Part shown: positions 60,360-64,000 of the stretch, piece after piece | Numbering within the stretch: position 1 is the stretch's first letter | Layout of the letters: every line of letters starts with the position of its first letter | Source: a virus | Taxonomy: Duplodnaviria; Caudoviricetes | Direction: 5' to 3' (one strand) | Virus record (IMG/VR): IMGVR_UViG_3300045580_000473 | Span: 59,274-123,273 of that record | DNA: 64,000 bases | Made by a program: the position numbers and the translations under genes | Notes under the pieces: generated by a model | Database searches by the model: none | Told to the model about the DNA's origin: nothing | What the model saw: only the letters and a program-made list of their open reading frames with translations

Positions 60360-61707
60360 TCTTCTTCCGGCCCGTACGTCATCAAGTGAGCCAGTCTGGC
60401 GGCATAGAAATCTGCCACCAGCCCGGAGACTTTCTTGAATCGTGCGAGTATTTCCGGCAGGACAACGTCTTTGAACTCCGCCATGATGACGCGGCGGAGA
60501 TTTGCCCGAGACTCTTCGCTGTATTTTGCCGCGGCACACTTTTCAGCCGCGGCTCGTACTTTCTCGCTGTTGTCGAGCATAATCTGCACGAACTTGGCGT
60601 TGACGAAGTGAATGTCAAAGCCGTACATGTCGCGGAGTTCGTTTTCCTCTTCAACGCCGAAGACCGGCCGGCCCGGCCAGACGTCGCCCTTCTTTGAATC
60701 TGGGGCGGGGTATCGCAGCTTGTCGAGCGACCAGCCGAATGCTCCGGCGTCGTCGTTCGGTTCCGCCATCATAAACGGCGGCAGCTTGTCTGGTTTTTTG
60801 ATGTCGAGTGTTCGTTTGAGTTTGGCCATTGATTTTTCTAATAGCTAAGGAAAAGTCCGATAGCAAAGCCGGCGGCTATTCAGCCAGAAACAAATACCCT
60901 GTATAGGGGTAAATGTTTCGGCTGAATAGCCGCATCCTCACTCGCTTATGCGAGTGAGGCCGTACACGCCATGTAGGCGTCGTGCCGAGCACGGGGTTCG
61001 CCCCCGTAAGCCGGCATGTCGTCGAAGCCGTACGGGTCATCCCCGATTTCGGCCTCGTCTCCGCGGAGCAGGCTCGCGATGTACTCGTGGTAGTACACCG
61101 TCACGATGCCCCGAAGTTTCGGAAGAACGCGAGACAGAATCTCTTCCTTCCAAAACTCGATCTGCCCCCACTTGTCGTCGGGGTGGGCCGCGATGGCCTC
61201 AGCAGACGTCTGTTCGATCACGCGATCGAACATTTTGATCGCGTGCTCGGGTACGACCGAGAAACTCGGACGGCGAGCGGACCGGAGCAGAATCGCCTTC
61301 TTAGTTGCAGACTGCATCTGACACCTCGTGGTTAAAGTGCACCTCCGAATAACAAACGGGGGCGTACTTAATATGCCGCGATTTTGGTCAGAATTTAGCT
61401 GTTGTCAGAACGTCATCTGGACGGTCTTACCGCCGTGGTTGGCGAACACCACGCGGACCTGCTCGGCGTTTAAATACTTTTTTAGTTCCGCCTTTTTCTC
61501 GGGGCTCATGGCCGCCAGACACGATTTGATCTTGGCGTATTCTTCCCGGACCTTCTGCTGGCGTTTCCGGGCACACGAGCCACAGCCGTTGCTGACGTTG
61601 CCCAGCAGACCCTTCTTGTTCGTCAGGCACGGAATCGACTCAGCGAGCTTTTGGTTCATGATCATCGAGGCGACAGTGCTGTCCTCGATTACAACGATAC
61701 TGGCCAT
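60356..61707 (-). CDS. three hypothetical proteins (60356-60829, 60946-61317, 61405-61707)
   Basis: ORFs with Shine-Dalgarno sequences; the 61405 gene carries GCGSC. Confidence 0.65.
60872..60933. other. long intergenic stem-loop
   Basis: Perfect 14-bp GCGGCTATTCAGCC/GGCTGAATAGCCGC plus inner GAAACA/TGTTTC and TACCC/GGGTA stems. Confidence 0.8.
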
Positions 61708-61722
61708 AATTGCCTCCTTGCG

Positions 61723-62559
61723 TCACGTCTCTTCTGGCGGCGAGCCGATCCATACGTCACCGCCCGGCAACAGGTCGTCTGCCACGTCGAGCGTGTTCTT
61801 GAGCAGTTGCACATCTTCAATAACGCTATTGATGAATTCTCGGGCTTCTTCCCGTGAGCGGACCATGACGTCGACATAGTTCAGTCGAAACCATGCCGGC
61901 CGGCTATTAGGTATGGCCTGATCTTCTGGGTATTCTTCGAGATCGACCGACGAGCAGACGTGGTCGAAGGTTGCTACCTGCTGCGTGCCGCCCGGCTTTA
62001 CGGGCAGCATTTGGTAGGCAAATATCTTGGTCGGCATACCGGTTGATTCGGTCGCGGTGATTCTGATGCGGATGCCGTCAATATCGTTAATGTCGTACCG
62101 GCTGACGGCCCACTCCAGATGTACGTTCCGGCCGGTTTCCTGAATCGGCAGGATTGGCTCGATATCGCGTGAGAAAAACGTGACGGTAAGCGGCTCTGCA
62201 AACCATGCAGCCCCGGCCGACGAGTTTGCCAGTTTTTGCAACGCCTCGGGTGACGAGAGATCACGCTCGTCAACCATTGTGCCCATATTGGACACAAGCG
62301 TACGGGCTCGAATATTAATTACGCCCGGCGTCGTGGCCGTGATGTAGCCGACCGTCGTGCCGTCTGGTTGTGTCAGGGCCGGCTGTGAGACGATTACGTT
62401 TTGACCGTCTGCGACCAGTTCGACCTGCCGCCACGCAATCGGATTGTTGTCGGCATCACGCAGACGAATTTTAATAGCTGCGGCGTCTTTGCCGTTCGAC
62501 AGCACGAACGGACGATTGCCGTGAAGCAGTTTTGAGTTAGTCGGGCTGAATGTTTGCAT
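61723..62559 (-). CDS. Ig-like (Big_1) domain protein
   Basis: SNGKDAAAIKIRLRDADNNPI...V...TQPDGTT.G.ITATTPG. Confidence 0.7.
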   Translation of the reverse strand: MQTFSPTNSKLLHGNRPFVLSNGKDAAAIKIRLRDADNNPIAWRQVELVADGQNVIVSQPALTQPDGTTVGYITATTPGVINIRARTLVSNMGTMVDERDLSSPEALQKLANSSAGAAWFAEPLTVTFFSRDIEPILPIQETGRNVHLEWAVSRYDINDIDGIRIRITATESTGMPTKIFAYQMLPVKPGGTQQVATFDHVCSSVDLEEYPEDQAIPNSRPAWFRLNYVDVMVRSREEAREFINSVIEDVQLLKNTLDVADDLLPGGDVWIGSPPEET

Positions 62560-62560
62560 A

Positions 62561-62944
62561 TTACGTTGTTTCTGGTGCGGGTTCGTTGTCTACAAAGATG
62601 TCATAATTTTTGTCGTACATCATGATGCTGACGCCGACGTGATCGACCTCGGCACCGTCGCTATATTTTCCGATAAAACGAATGAAGTCGCGAATGAAAT
62701 TGTGATCAGTTTTTTTCGCCGCTTCAACGCGTTCGAGCATTTGAAACAGGCACTCCTTTGCCCACTCTGAACTGACGCGACAGGAGCAACCCTTTTTTTC
62801 GACCTCTGTTTTGTAGTTTTCGCGGCACTTGGCGAAGTTGTCTTTAAGGTCCGCAAGGGCTGGTACTTTGTCGAAAAAGTTGTCTTCGAATACAAGCCGA
62901 ATTAGCGTATCTCGGCTGATAGAAAATCGACTTGTTGTCGCCAT
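62561..62944 (-). CDS. hypothetical protein (GCSC motif)
   Basis: 127-aa ORF; resembles 61405-61707. Confidence 0.65.
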   Translation of the reverse strand: MATTSRFSISRDTLIRLVFEDNFFDKVPALADLKDNFAKCRENYKTEVEKKGCSCRVSSEWAKECLFQMLERVEAAKKTDHNFIRDFIRFIGKYSDGAEVDHVGVSIMMYDKNYDIFVDNEPAPETT

Positions 62945-62970
62945 TTCTTTTGCCTTTATGCCGAGTTGTT

Positions 62971-64000
<1,030 letters not shown>

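Overview
This is a 64-kb segment of a large, probably lytic dsDNA bacteriophage, about 55% GC, read with the standard genetic code. Almost all genes lie on the minus strand. A Planctomycetota host is inferred from the gene families, not shown directly. Left end (1-13.7 kb): a replication/recombination module with a UDG-domain-fused family A DNA polymerase (runs off the window), primase, DnaB-like helicase, an SF2 helicase carrying a class 3 LAGLIDADG intein, and SbcC/SbcD. Inside this module sit two small genes that look like a Cas7/RAMP-like protein and an IS110/Nop-domain-like protein. Middle (13.7-47 kb): a dense accessory region. It holds an array of small genes sharing a C-terminal 'LT..ERE...LLER' module, an attC-like hairpin, tRNA-Gln, a DEDD exonuclease, a methyltransferase and a Ycf46-AAA/DUF1257/DUF2997/DUF3150-like module. 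Right end: terminase large subunit (+ strand), tRNA-Thr, a pyrimidine-dimer glycosylase-like gene, an acidic protein, a degenerate primase-helicase, a csrA homologue beside a putative GGA-loop (CsrB/RsmZ-like) sRNA, and Ig-like and collagen-like genes. All three + strand genes start head-to-head with a minus-strand gene at a CATG or CATATG palindrome. Family assignments come from motif recognition by eye; no database search was run.
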